Origin: Flectonema sp. DT1601
Lineage: Eukaryota
DNA: 64,000 nucleotides
Direction of reading: 5' to 3'
Assembly: GCA_964019425.1 (NCBI GenBank)
Contig: OZ025782.1
Span: 868,001-932,000, forward strand
Below the pieces are notes generated by a model, which searched no databases, was not told the origin of the DNA, and saw only the letters and a list, made by a program, of their open reading frames with translations. The translations under genes were made by a program, and so were the position numbers. Positions 1 to 12,900 of this stretch are shown here, one piece after another (within the stretch, counting starts at the first letter, position 1; every line of letters starts with the position of its first letter).

Positions 1-3000
1 TGTTTGATGCGATTCAGAACGGGAAGCTGATTGCTGTGGTTCCGTTTGTCGCAAAGGTGTTGGAGCATTCCGTTACTTCAAAAGTCTTCAAACCACCAAA
101 CCCCTGGCTGATGGGAATCCTCAGTCTGCTTGTTGACCTTTACCAGCTTCAGGATCTAAAGTTGACTTTGAAGTTCGAAGTTGAAGTTCTCTGCAAGAAC
201 ATCAATCAGTCAATTAGCAACTTAGCCGACACTAAGGGAGCTCGCACTGCTCAACGTGAGAAGTTGGAGAGCATCAGAAAGGATTTGGAATCAAGAGGAG
301 AGTTAGAACAATCAACTGATTTCAATACTGGTAAAAGACCTCCTTCACATGATCCAAGTCCAAAGGTTGGAGGATACGATGATCAAAGACAACAAGGATG
401 GATTAATCAAAATCAACCAAATATGAATGAAGACAAACTATGGAAGCACGAGGGAGCAGTTCCAAGTCAGGCAGTTCCATCACAGCCGTTAATGCAGCAG
501 CAGTATGTTCCTGGAAGAGGACCAGATCTTCAGGAATTGTGCCACCCAGATATTATTTCTGAAAATGTTGTCATCCCTCAGGGTCAGCACCCACCACAGG
601 CATTAAAACAAATAATGGGATACGCTATATTTAAGGCACTAAAAGACTCTCTCGTTGGTTTTGTAGAACGCAGCGTTACCATCGCGTGCACTACTACAAG
701 AGAGTTAGTAATTAAGGATTACGCCATGGAACCAGATGATGCAGTTGTAATGAAGGCTGCCCTTCAAATGGTGAAGTGTCTGTCTGCTCACCTCGCTATG
801 GTTACCAGCAAGGATATCCTTCGCGCTGCTATTAAGAGTAATTTAACTGGTCAAATGGACCCAGCAATAGTAAACACACTCGTAGAAGATAACCTCCACC
901 TTGGTGTGTCATATGTTGAAAGGTGTGCTACTGACGATGCAGCAAAGCAGATTAAAGAAATATTAATAAAGCCTATGGGTGAAAGAAAGAGAAGACACGA
1001 TGAGCTACAAAAGAAGCCAATGATGATGGCTCTACCTGATCCTTTGAAACCAAAAGATGGTCCAGTTCCATTAGTCTACAAGAATGTTTATGATGACTTC
1101 GCAAATATGAAAACTTCCAGACCAGAAGATCCACTTTCTTCAGAACAGAGAAAGTCACTCGAATTGTTGGACGACATCTTGAGAAGAATTGAAAGTGAAA
1201 CTGAGCAGCACTACAAAACCAACTACAACGGAGCTGGTCCTCCTGATGCCAGTCGTGTCTTGAGTTTAACACAACAGTCTTTCACTGCACAGACTCAGTC
1301 ACCTCAACACGTTGCTATTAAGAAATTACTCTGTCAAATCCCACATCTAATTAAACCAGAGACTGCTAATTTATTTGCGAAGCATATCTTCAACAAAGTA
1401 TTTCAACTTAATGATAAAATTAGTCAAGAAAGGACTCAGAACCTTAACCAACAGCTTCACGTTTCAATTTTATTGAATGAAGTCTGTCTTTTTATCCTTC
1501 AGTCTGCTAGAGACAAGAATACCGACAAGATCGTTGAAGAGTTGACAAGTTTATTTATCCAACATGAGAAGAAGTGGCTGACTAAAGAGATCGCTGTTAA
1601 CTTCATCCGTCTTCGATTAATTGATGTTTCTGAATTTGACAAACATCTGACCAAAGCACTTCAGCAGGGTGAGGGGGATCCACAGCGCAGAATTGTTGAG
1701 TTTGCCGGCAGCATTGTTCAGAAATGTCTCGTTGATGAGAAGTTGACCAGCCAAAGAGATTTGAGAAATACTTTGGACGCACTTGAAAAGATTGCAAAGC
1801 ACGCGAAGTTGGGTCAGCCAACACCACCAGCGACTCCGCCACAGCCGGCACAGCAACAAGCGGCTGCTCAACAAGCAGCGCAGCAGCAACAGCTACAACA
1901 GCAGGTGCAGCAACAAGCAGTGCAGCAGCAGCATCAGCAGGTTCCAGGAGGTCCAATCGTACCTTTACCTGTTGATAAGGGAATTGTACCTGTTGGATCA
2001 AGTCCTTCAAAGTCAGGTCCACCAACTCCTAACTCTCCTGCTTTGAGCGTCTCTAGTGATCCCCAGCCGCAGGGATTGAGACAGCCAATCGTTAAAATCC
2101 CATCACTCCTTCCTTCGAGACAGAATGAACGTGACGAAATCCGCGATAAGGTCTTCCAGTTGTTGTGCGACTGGATTATGATCTGCATGAGGAGACAGGT
2201 TTGTTGTTTCTTTGATTATTGAAATTTATAATTTCTCTTCTATTTTTACTATTTCTGATAACATCAAAACACAAATTACCACAGCAAGCAGCTGCTGAAC
2301 AACCAGAGCAGCCAGCTCCACAAACTCAGGCTATGCAATTCGTAAGCAAGCTGCAGCAGGCTGGGTTACTTAAGGCTGACCACATGCTTGACAAGTTCTT
2401 TGCGCTCCTCATGGAGATCAGTGTTGAGGACTACTGTAGTGAAGCAAGAAGACTATCAGTGTATGTGTTTATTTATTAAACTATCTACTCACGGAGGTAG
2501 TGAAGTTATTTTTGTCCAATAAATTGTTGGTGACAGCAACTCTAAAGCTCATGGCATTCGACAAAATAAATAAAACAGCGATGAAAAGGCCAAGGGGGGA
2601 ATCAGCGGTGCATCACATCCTCACGTGTACCAGTCTGTTGATGCCTTCTCTGATCTTATCGTACTTCTAATTAGGGTATGTGTTGTGCTTGTTTTATAAT
2701 GTTGTTGTACTCTTATCGCTGTTTAATATAAAAGTATCACAATCCAATACACTAATCACAGTGTTGTGCTTGGGGTAACCGCAAAGAAGGAGAGGGTGAA
2801 GAAAGACGTGAGGAAGGAAGACGCTTACAGGCAGAAGTTGCACTCGTTAACAAAGTGTTGTCAGTTGTAAGCAAAGTCTTAATTAACAATCACGACTACC
2901 ATTTTAATCGAACTGAAACCCACTCCGTTACTCTTCAAGATGGACAAGTTGCTCAGGAGGAGTTTAAGCAGCAGCCGTACTTCAGATTTCTTTCGAGTTT

Positions 3001-4132
3001 ATTGCTGGCGTTGAGCCCAACTGGTGACAGTGACTCTGCCAGCCACAATGCTGAGATCTTAGCTCTCTTCGCAAACACACTTCATTATCAATTAGCTCCA
3101 ACCAGACTTCCTGGATTTGCTTTTGCTTGGTTAGAACTTGTGTCTCACAGAATCTTTATGCCAAAACTCCTTTGCACTAAGAACCACGAAGGATGGCCGT
3201 ACTTCCAAAAGCTGTTGGTTGACTGTTTGAAATTCCTCGAGCCATGGTTACGCACAGGTAAACTCACTGAGTCAATCAGACTTCTCTACAAAGGAACTCT
3301 TAAGGTGTTACTCGTTTTGCTTCATGACTTCCCTGAGTTCCTTTGTAATTATCACTTCTCATTCTGTGATGTCATTCCAAAAACTTGCATTCAAATGAGG
3401 AACGTCATATTGTCATCATTCCCTCGCCACATGAAGCTTCCAGATCCACTGACTCCACACCTAAAGGTTGACCGCCTACCTGAAATCTTACAGCCTCCAA
3501 CAATCCTTTCGAAGTACTGCGAGGCCTTGGAATCCATAAATTCTCCAATTCAAAAGGAAGAAGTCGACGCGTTTTTGAACGGAGAAGCTCAGCCAAGTCA
3601 GGAAGAGTGGTTGGGAACTTTAGTTGACAGAGTCAAAGTTAGAGATCCAACAAAGACAGGTTGTGGTTGGAACACTCAACTAATTCATTCACTTGTTCTG
3701 TACGTTGGGATTATTGGACTTGAGCGTAAAAACAACGATCCGAATATTCCTCCAAATGAAACTCATTCGATGGCTCTCTACAAAGAATTGGCTGAGAACC
3801 TCGACCCTGAAGGTCGTTACATCTTTATTGGAGCTCTGACTAACCAGTTGCGTTTCCCAAACAACCACACGTACTACTTCAGTACAATAATTCTTCAGTT
3901 ATTTGAAGACAATCCAGAACAGGAGGCTTTACAAGAACAGATTACTAGAGTCTTACTTGAGAGACTTGTCGTTAACAGACCTCACCCATGGGGACTACTA
4001 ATCACCTTCTTAGAACTCATGAAGAACACTCGGTACTCATTCTGGAGTAAGAAGTTTATTAACAAGTCTCCAGATGTTAAGAGACTCTTCGACTCCGTTG
4101 CTGTTCAATCCCACGTTGGTCTTAACAAGTAG
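1..4132 (+). CDS. CNOT1: CCR4-NOT scaffold subunit NOT1, 5'-partial, 3 cis-introns (2199-2284, 2461-2578, 2676-2761)
   Basis: NOT1 motifs FKPPNPWLMGIL, LKFEVEVLCK, PGFAFAWLELVSHR, LLHDFPEFLC, NQLRFPNNHT, RPHPWGLLITF. The three GT-AG introns join the ORFs 36-2222, 2219-2479, exon 2579-2675 and 2762-4132 in frame. Confidence 0.96.
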
Positions 4133-4195
4133 TTCAATTCTACGAAGGCTGAGTCACGACAAAAAAATATTAAAAAGCAACAAAAAAAAAAAAAA

Positions 4196-4226
<31 letters not shown>

Positions 4227-5128
4227 AGGGTCTTCTCTTTGGGGTAATAGTTTTAACAAGACGGAACTGAAATATATAAAATCAAGAAAAAAATGTCGAA
4301 GAAAAAAAGACAATCTTATTTACTTTCTTATTCTCCCTTTTCCTTTTTCGAACTCTAAATATTCGGGTGTGAAGCATCCAACGAACAAAGTAAATAATGA
4401 CAACAGTGTTTAGTATGAAAGAGAAACGATCAAAATGCTAATAGAGAGTGTTGCAGTGAATTAAATAAATGAAATCATCAATAAAAATAGTAACGCATCC
4501 AACATAGGCACATCCTGACGAGGAAAGTTGCTCGGTTTGTTTTTTCTTTAATGCGCTCTTAGCTAAGTTTACGTGTTCTGTTTCTAGCTGGTTTTCAAAC
4601 ACTCCCTCCCGCCTCCTAAGTGTGATTCCGATCTTTGCCCTCTGCGTCCCTCTCCCAATACATTTGAAACAGAACTAGTCGTCTTATGACATCTTTTCTT
4701 TTTTATTTGACGCCTCTTAACTAATCTTTATTAGTGTTTAAAGTAAGCCATGTTTGTGTAGCTGGTCCTTCAATAGCTTATCATGGTGGAATGCTACAGA
4801 CAAGTTAGCTATTTTGCTTCTCATTGCGAATGCTTGCCTCGTCACAGACTCAAAAAAAAAAAGAAAGACCTCCCCCGCATTAAAAAAAAGAGAAAAAGGA
4901 TTTCCCCTCGTTCGCGCAGTTTCTTCGTTTCTTCATTTTTTTATTTTTTGCCTTTCGACTTATTAGGAAATTCGTTTTTTGTTTGTATTATTATTTCTAT
5001 TGTAGGTTTCATATCAGTAATATGTGTCGTGGTATGAACTAACCGACTCCTTTAACAATCTCCTGTTGTACAAAACAATCAGTTTTCCGCCACGTTATTT
5101 GAATTTAAACAGAAAGAACAAAAGGAAC

Positions 5129-5676
5129 ATGCCGACTCTCCTCTCACTAAATGTCGAAGAGGCGGAGGAAAATACTTCTTGGTTCCCAGACATGAGTTGG
5201 AAGGATCGTGTTCAGGGATTCATCGCTTGCTGCTGCCTTGGATTCCTATGTTCAGTGCTGTCGTGGTTTACGTTGGCTTCTCGTCACATGGTGAAGTACA
5301 GTGTAATGATGAGTATAGGTAATTTAATATCTCTCGCAAGTACTGGTTTTCTTGTTGGGTTTAGGAGACAGGTTACGACGATGTTTCATGAAAAACGACA
5401 AATAGCAACCGGAATTTATTTGCTGGCGTTAGCCGGGACGATTGTAGCAGCGGTGGTAGTACACAATGCGCTGCTCGCAATATTGCTGTCTGCTGTGCAG
5501 GTATGCGTGTTATCTACTTTAACAGTTTTCTGTTTTACAGGTAAACTTTTAGATGGAACAAACAATAAACAAAACAGTACTGCGCACTAGTATGGTATTG
5601 TTTATCATATATTCCTTATGGAAGAGATATGTTTCTTAGCTGTTTAAAAGGTATCTGTGGAGGTGTAATGAAGTAG
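5129..5676 (+). CDS. SFT2: SFT2/Got1-family vesicle transport membrane protein, intron 5501-5577
   Basis: Four hydrophobic segments with GNLISLASTGFLVG. Splicing CAG|GTATGC...AACAG restores the C-terminus YCALVWYCLSYIPYGR typical of SFT2 proteins. Confidence 0.9.
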
Positions 5677-5940
5677 TTGATCTTACTATTCAAGAAGACT
5701 TGGAGGGGTTTGTGTTGATACCTGAATCTTGGTTCCGCGACAACTTTACTTTTTTACGTTTCCCTAACCTGCGGTAACACCTGTCCGTTCTATCTACCAA
5801 TCTCTCTTTTATAATAAAACATCAATTGAATTGTTGTCTAGGTTTGGTCTCGTTATTTATATGTTCTTGTGATGCATATCTTATTGTTAATTATCTTATT
5901 ATCAATCAATTCTTCAATCACATTATCTATTCAGTTAAAT

Positions 5941-6789
5941 ATGGATAAGTACGAATATCAGAGTCCGGACCAATGTCCTTCAACAGCAGAGAATGAGTCG
6001 CTTCTCGGGTTTGTCATTACCTTCCATATGTAGTTTTGTTGAATACCACAGTTTGTAGTAACTTTGTAATCACTAAAAAATAAAAACAGGTCATACAGTG
6101 GACTTGTACTGTTCTTCGGAAGTCGCAGAGTAGCTAACGGGACGTTATTTATTACAAGCAAACAATGCTACTGGAGACCTGATGAGATGAATGCTGTTAC
6201 GGGTACGAGGTCAACTGGTTATTTATTGAAATGGGAAGATATTTGTATGCACGCTGTGTGTAGTGATGTGGGTGTCTTGAGTATGCCGCATATTTATTGC
6301 ATGGCTTCGAGGGAGTTGGAGGAAGAAGTTGCGGAGATAAATATGAATTTAGAAACAAATGAAAACACCAACGATATCAGATTCGCACCAATCACTCCCA
6401 GCAGTGAATTGCTGCAACAACTCTTCGATTTGTTTGGTAAGGCCGTGGATATGATTGACGATGAAGGTGATTTTCAGGGTTCGTTTATCTGCAATGGTGA
6501 CTTTAATTCGGAAAAGAGAAAACTAAGTGAAAGAGAGTCCGAAGACGATGTATTTACTTCCATCGACCCAGAGATGCTAAAGAAGTTACTACCTGACGGT
6601 ACTGACTTACCACTCGAGGAAGTAGAGAGACGTCTTGCTGAGTGGGATTCTAAACTTGTAATTGAAGGAGATGAAGAGCAACAAGGAGGAGGTATAAATG
6701 AATGTCTTGCTGGTAACAAATATCATCCGTACTCTCACAATCGCGTTAGAGGACAGGGAAATAGAGGAGAAAATAGCGGTCACAGATAA
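5941..6789 (+). CDS. CLNS1A: Methylosome subunit pICln (Voldacs domain), intron 6009-6089
   Basis: Spliced product MDKYEYQ...GTLFITSKQCYW...ICMHAVCSD...HIYC...IRFAP...LFDLF followed by an acidic tail, matching the pICln PH-fold pattern. Confidence 0.75.
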
Positions 6790-7042
6790 TCGGCTAGTTG
6801 GTCGCAACTTTGGTTTAAGAGGGTCAAAACTATCCATCCAATGTAGTTGGCAGGTAGTCTACCTGTCGGATGGTTTATTCCGTTAGTTCTTTTATTTTAG
6901 TAAGGACATGGAATTGGATCACTGACGTCCTATTTAAAGGCGAATGGAAATAATAAAACATGAAATAATTTTGAATTACCATAATTTACTTTGAACCTTT
7001 AATTCTTATTCAGGTTTATGTTAGCAGACTAACGACAACAAC

Positions 7043-7678
7043 ATGGTGATGCTAACAGAAGTTATGAGATTACAGAATCCGATGATTGAACCGTCAGGGA
7101 GAAGGTCGTCAGTTATATCTCAGGTGTTGAACGCTCATCCTGATCAACCAGTTTACGCGTCATGTTCAAATGCAGAAAGTGTGAGAAGAATGGAAGAAAC
7201 TCTTCAAACTGTGAATGCACCAATTTATAAATCAAGTGGACAAAAGAAGATTCCTTCACAGAGTACACCTTCTCAATCATCTCCGAAGAAGTCATCTCAC
7301 TCACAGAGGGTTTACTACTCACCATCACAACCTTCATCTGTCTTCAATGTACCGACTAATGAAGTAATTGATTCCTTTTCACCACCACAACCACCACCTC
7401 AAATATCCCTAAATGAACCTGTTGAACCTGTTGAACCACCAAAGTCTCGAATGATGGAACTCTGTAGTGAGTGGAAGCGACACGCTGATCAGTTGCAAGG
7501 ATCTCTATTCTCTCATCATCGAGATATCGGTAGAATGAGTTTGAGTCGTCAATCGGTACCAACGAACACGATTCCGAAAAACACAACTCTACCTCGGCCA
7601 GTCAAGCAGACAGTTGAAGAAGATTTGATAGTTCTCAATTCATTAGAAGATTCTCCAATCCCATTTCTCTACCAGTAG
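7043..7678 (+). CDS. Hypothetical Ser/Pro-rich protein (211 aa)
   Basis: ATG-initiated ORF co-oriented with its neighbours and preceded by a pyrimidine-rich AG (ttcttattcag). No recognisable domain. Confidence 0.6.
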   Translation: MVMLTEVMRLQNPMIEPSGRRSSVISQVLNAHPDQPVYASCSNAESVRRMEETLQTVNAPIYKSSGQKKIPSQSTPSQSSPKKSSHSQRVYYSPSQPSSVFNVPTNEVIDSFSPPQPPPQISLNEPVEPVEPPKSRMMELCSEWKRHADQLQGSLFSHHRDIGRMSLSRQSVPTNTIPKNTTLPRPVKQTVEEDLIVLNSLEDSPIPFLYQ

Positions 7679-7917
7679 TTACTAGTGGACTTATCAAAGG
7701 ATTATGATTGATATTATTGTTCACTTTTTGTTTAGTTATTTTGTACATATCTATCCTTTCCTATTTATGAATTTAGATTACTTAACGAGCAATGGAAACG
7801 AAAACTCTCGTTCCTTGCGCGATTCCTTGTCTTTCTGTATTGTATTTCTGCGACTCGGTACTATGAAGAGCCTGACTTGTTTTCTTAAATTATGTTTTCT
7901 TCAGGAGGGGGAGGTAG

Positions 7918-9984
7918 ATGAACAATCTTCTGTATCGTGGTATTGAACACTATAACAAAGGGAGGTATGAATTAGCAGTCACAGACTTTACGGAATGCAT
8001 TCAAAATGACACAATAATGAAAGCGGCGCTGGGATGGAGGGGATCGACGTATTTCAAGATGGCAGAATTTGGCCGAGCAGCCGAAGACTTTTCTAAGGGA
8101 GAAGAGACTCCAGAAATGCTATGGAACTGGGGAAATTCACTCTATCACGACTGCAAGATTGAGGGGGCCAAGAAAGTACTGTCACGCATAGCAGATGACC
8201 CGCGGGCATCGAGAGTCCTGAAAATGGTTGACGCGTCAAATACAAACAACAGCAGCAACACCTCTCGACAGACAAACCAAACAACTTGCAGATCACCTGT
8301 TCAATTATTGTTAAGAGTAATTACTGAATCACATAAAGAATCGAATGATCATTGGCAGTGGTCTCTAAGTTCTAATAATTCTGTTTATACTTGGATGATC
8401 ACTTTTCGTTATCCGAATGTTGACATTAACACAAAAATAGAATTCGAGAAGAACTTATTGGCCCCACCAAAAGTAAGTATTGTGTCCCCTCGCGTATCTT
8501 CGAGTAATATTTTTGGAGGTGCGTTGTGTTTGCATGAGTTGAGTACTTCAGTATGGAATTTAAGAACCCTCCCTGAGTTTATTGTGTCACTTCACTATTT
8601 CTTATCATCTTGTGAAGTTGATGTTCGCGACAGATCGATTCCGTATTCTCAAACTGAGATATTAGACGGCCACATGCACATCGCAGCATCTCACACTGAT
8701 TGGGGACTGCAGCCTAAAAAAGTCATGAATCGATTAGAGTCTGCCAAGCAGTTCCAACAACAAGGTGAACAGGAATTTAATAAAGGAGCATACATTAAAT
8801 CAACCGAATTATTTAAGAAAGCGATTAGAAATAATCCAAAAATTGGAACCCGGCATTGGCTGGGAGCCTCCCTCTTAATGGAAGGAAATTATAAAGAATC
8901 AGTAAAACAATTACAGCAACTGCTATCTGAACAACCTTCTGGCTATGCACCGACATTAGTTATTCATTTAGCAACAGGTTGCTTTCATCTAAGAGAGTAT
9001 AAAAGAAGTGCTGAAATATTATTGAAGGCAGCAGAGTTCGACTCTAGAAACTCATTGCAGCTGACCAAAACTGAGCCAACAAACGTTCAACTGGCTGAAG
9101 AAATGTTTTACATAGCAATATCAGAGTACATCCCAAAAGTGGTGGATACTAAGTCAACAAGTCACATTATGAAATTACAACTTCGATGTGAAGATATCCT
9201 CCTCAGGAGAACTTATGGACAGAAATCACGTTTATTCAGTGCTCTCAGAACACTTCGTAGAACACCGAAGGACGCAGCTGCAAAGCTAACCGTCGTATCT
9301 CTGGAAGCTGATAGACACTTTGGAAGAGGTGAGTACTCACAATTCGCGAAGCTTTTAGAACAGAAATTAGCTCTTGAAAAGAGGATCGGAAGAGAAATTA
9401 AAGACACTAAATATCAGCTTGGAGTTGCATATTTTAATTTGGGGCAACTGAAGAAGTCGGAAGAGCACTTCAACGACTGCGGACAAATACCAGAAGCTGA
9501 CTTACATATCATATCTGATATCCAACGATATGTCTCATTGTTTGGAGGATACGATAAAGTCCCGACTGAAGCTCTTCATTTGATGGCGAGAGGGAGGTAT
9601 TGTGTTCAGAATAACAAAACTAATTCAGCAATAACATATTTATCAGAATGCATCGATATCGTTTCTGCCATCAGCGTCGTCTTAGTTGACGCTCATCAGT
9701 GGAGGGGTCTTTGTTTCTTCAACTCATCCGATTTTCAGTCAGCTCTTCTTGATTTTGTGACAGTTGAGGCATTCTATCCGACTCTTCCTCGTAGTCTTTG
9801 GGATGTCGCAAACACGCAATTTCGAACTGCTCACTTCGAAGAATCGCGAAGGACTGCCGAGCGGGGGTTACAATCCACCACAGTCGGTGATCCTCATCAC
9901 GAGAAGTTCATTCACCTCATCAGTCTTGCTGACGATGCTCTGGACCAGGTGGCGTCTCAGAGATTATTGCTGGCAAATAAATAA
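7918..9984 (+). CDS. TPR protein with an embedded ubiquitin-conjugating (E2/UBC-like) domain
   Basis: N- and C-terminal TPR helices (RGIEHYNKGRYELAVTDFTECI; WRGLCFFNSSDFQSALLDF). Central NSVYTW...PPKVSIVSP...GGALCLHELSTSVW resembles the UBE2Q-type catalytic region. Confidence 0.8.
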   Translation: MNNLLYRGIEHYNKGRYELAVTDFTECIQNDTIMKAALGWRGSTYFKMAEFGRAAEDFSKGEETPEMLWNWGNSLYHDCKIEGAKKVLSRIADDPRASRVLKMVDASNTNNSSNTSRQTNQTTCRSPVQLLLRVITESHKESNDHWQWSLSSNNSVYTWMITFRYPNVDINTKIEFEKNLLAPPKVSIVSPRVSSSNIFGGALCLHELSTSVWNLRTLPEFIVSLHYFLSSCEVDVRDRSIPYSQTEILDGHMHIAASHTDWGLQPKKVMNRLESAKQFQQQGEQEFNKGAYIKSTELFKKAIRNNPKIGTRHWLGASLLMEGNYKESVKQLQQLLSEQPSGYAPTLVIHLATGCFHLREYKRSAEILLKAAEFDSRNSLQLTKTEPTNVQLAEEMFYIAISEYIPKVVDTKSTSHIMKLQLRCEDILLRRTYGQKSRLFSALRTLRRTPKDAAAKLTVVSLEADRHFGRGEYSQFAKLLEQKLALEKRIGREIKDTKYQLGVAYFNLGQLKKSEEHFNDCGQIPEADLHIISDIQRYVSLFGGYDKVPTEALHLMARGRYCVQNNKTNSAITYLSECIDIVSAISVVLVDAHQWRGLCFFNSSDFQSALLDFVTVEAFYPTLPRSLWDVANTQFRTAHFEESRRTAERGLQSTTVGDPHHEKFIHLISLADDALDQVASQRLLLANK

Positions 9985-12900
9985 CACGAAAATAGCAATC
10001 AGTTCTCTCCTCACATGCTGCTTATTGCAGTCTCACACTTGTATCTGTTTTTAGTAATAATAAAATTTTAATGAATGAAATTTCGACATAGCCCCCTTTT
10101 TGGGGAACTATTATTAGTTAACGGGTTTAGAGTCCTTAAAAGATGGAACCATCTATTACTATGTCCACTCGTGGTACCGTACCCAACATTTTTATTTTCT
10201 TTTTAAAATTATTATTCTTATTCTTGTTTTCCCTTCTCAACTTCCATCTATGCTTGCGATGTACACTAGTAGAGAGACAGCTGAAGTCTTTTCCCTTTTC
10301 CATTCGTTCATTATTAAACCCGCATATATATTGGATATCACACATTATTAAATAAGTAACAACACATGAGGATCTAATGGTGGTCTACACGACTCTTCGT
10401 CTGGTAAATGGCATGTTCTTTTAGTAACAAAGTGCTGTCTGATTTTTAAGCGGATATCATAAGCTATAATATTTATATTTTTTTTTTTTTTTTTGGTTTT
10501 TTTTTTAATTTTTTTTTTTTTTTTTTTTATTCGAATTTTTCCGTTCCTGGAAATATATGTTGTCATATTTATTATTCTGTTTTTATTGGTTTTTTTTCTT
10601 TTTCTTTTTTTTTTTCTCTTCTTCTTTTCCCCTTATTGTTTTGTTTTTTATTCTACACGAAAACAGTAAAGAGTGCTCACGTGTCGGAGCTCAAGTATCA
10701 AAACTAATACGTTCAGTAGGTGTCCAGCTGTTTACTATTTGTCTGTAATTAATCAGACCAATTACTTGTCGCTCACTGAGTATTGCCTTGAAACGCCTTC
10801 AATGTGTAACTGGGTGCCCGAGGAGCTGAAATTGGAAGTAAAAAGCGCAGGCCACCAAAGTTTCTGGTTTGTCGGTGACAGGTTTTTTGCATCGCCTTTA
10901 GAAAGGAAGTTGTTGTCTGACATTCTGTAAGTCAGCAAGTAGATAGGATCTTCTGTTTTATTATTTTTTATTATTTTCTGTTAATGTTTGAAGTTTAATC
11001 AAAAGTAGAATACTTCTGATCTTCAGATGCAACTATTTTACAAAACGTAAATACCGCCACCGAGTACGAAGTGAGTTCACCGAATGAAATCAATTCACTC
11101 GCAGATGAAAAACGGACAAAGAGTCCGCAAGAACAGTCTGAATGATGGCAAAGTTTCTTCTGAAAGACAATAGTAAACTGAATACTCGCTGTGCGTTTCT
11201 TCTTGGCACTCGTGCACTGGACGAGAATAAGTTTGCAGAACAGAAGAAGAAACATCCAACACATACATTGAGTACTCAGCATTTTTAGTTTGGTCACTGC
11301 CGTTGATCTCGGGTACTTCCCGTTATAGTTTAACAACCCAAAATGATTGAATTGAATAAGCTAGTCTCGCCCTCCCTCCCACATATCTATATTCTCCAAG
11401 GGAGGCCCTTTTCAGGATCTCCCTATCAGTCGGTGAGAATTAATACACGTTTCCAAACAAGTAACGTGTTTTTGTCTATTTGACAATAAAGTAACCCTTT
11501 CGGACTATTACAATCTTCCTGCAGTTGGGTGGCGGGAGTGATGCGTACACAATAGCCAACTTGTTCACTGAATATCAACTTATTCAAAAGAATATCAACT
11601 TTCGTCGGGCACTTTCCCGTTACGAAACATGCTTTAGTTCTGTTTTGTTCTTTTTTCTTTTTTATAATTCTGTCACCTTTTTGTGTGGTTTCATTGTTGG
11701 TGCAAAAACTCTGTCAAAGCTTTTTTCGTATTTGGTGAGTATCACCCTTTTGCACTTTCATTGTTCGCCGACTATTTTTCAGGAAAATCCCCCGAATTTC
11801 TACAATTGTTCCGAAAACTTCTAACTCTCTTGAAATGCAATGCCCTGCCTGCCGATCGAAACCTTCACACGTATGTAAACCATGCGTACGTATGTTGAAA
11901 TTAATGGAAGTTTTCTAAAACTGTTGTGTGACGTTTCCCCCTTTTCTTTTGTTTCCTAACCAATGAGAATCGTTGCAGCACTAAATAGAAATTAGTTAGT
12001 TATAGTTTGTGGACAAACAAACTTATCTTGGTTAGTGAAACTTATTCTTTTTCATAACTCAACAGTACGTTGTTAGTCAGATAAATCAACGTTTGCGTCA
12101 CACGATCTTCTCATTCTCTGTCGGGTGATCAGTTTTTGTGTACAGACAATATGTTTTTTTCTCCCCACGTTTTTTTTCTTCTAAATCCGGTCTAATCAGT
12201 GAAACGTAGAATCATCTGACCGCGTCGCAGACGATTATCTTTTTCTTTTTACTTGCAGCTCAGGCCACTTAAAACCGGTCCGGAGCAGTTAAGACCTAAA
12301 ACTGACTGTCATAGTTATTCGTGTTGTCCTTCGGTAAGCTCCTTTCAATATTAATACTTAGGACGGGGTGAACTGACCCGGTCATGTTTCCGGGTTTTTT
12401 ATTTTCTTTCGTGGTATGACGGCTTTAGACACATGTGATTTATTTCATGAGAACGGTTTTATGGAATAGAAAAGTTTATTATACTCATCTCCTCCCCCAG
12501 ATCATTTCTTTTTTTTCTCTCTTTGTTTTCGACCTGTTTAGTCTCTGGGCAAGGTGGACAGCCTTCCAGCAGAAGCTATAAAAACACTACCTCTGTGATT
12601 GTGTCCTCTACTGGTGCGCGGTTACCCAGACCCCCCAGTTCTAGACTTGCTTAGTAATGTTCTAATTAAAACTTAGTTCGCAATCCAAACGGAACTAGTT
12701 TTCGACGCATAAATGAATCAGTCCGCATAAAGAACCTTTTTTTAAATTCTTCAAGAAAAAATCGTGAACTAATAATGGTTGCGCTTCTTTGATTTCTTTT
12801 TGCAGTAAAATAACTTTCAGTTCAGCTCCTCATTCCTGTCGGAAAATCAGGTGTCTGTCAGGTGCATACCATTTTTAATTTCACGATTATTTTATTGCTC

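Noticed and set aside
4150..4530. A-rich tract and a short similarity to the inverted T-rich tract at ~10385-10530
   Set aside because: Low-complexity sequence; the match is too short and weak to call a repeat.
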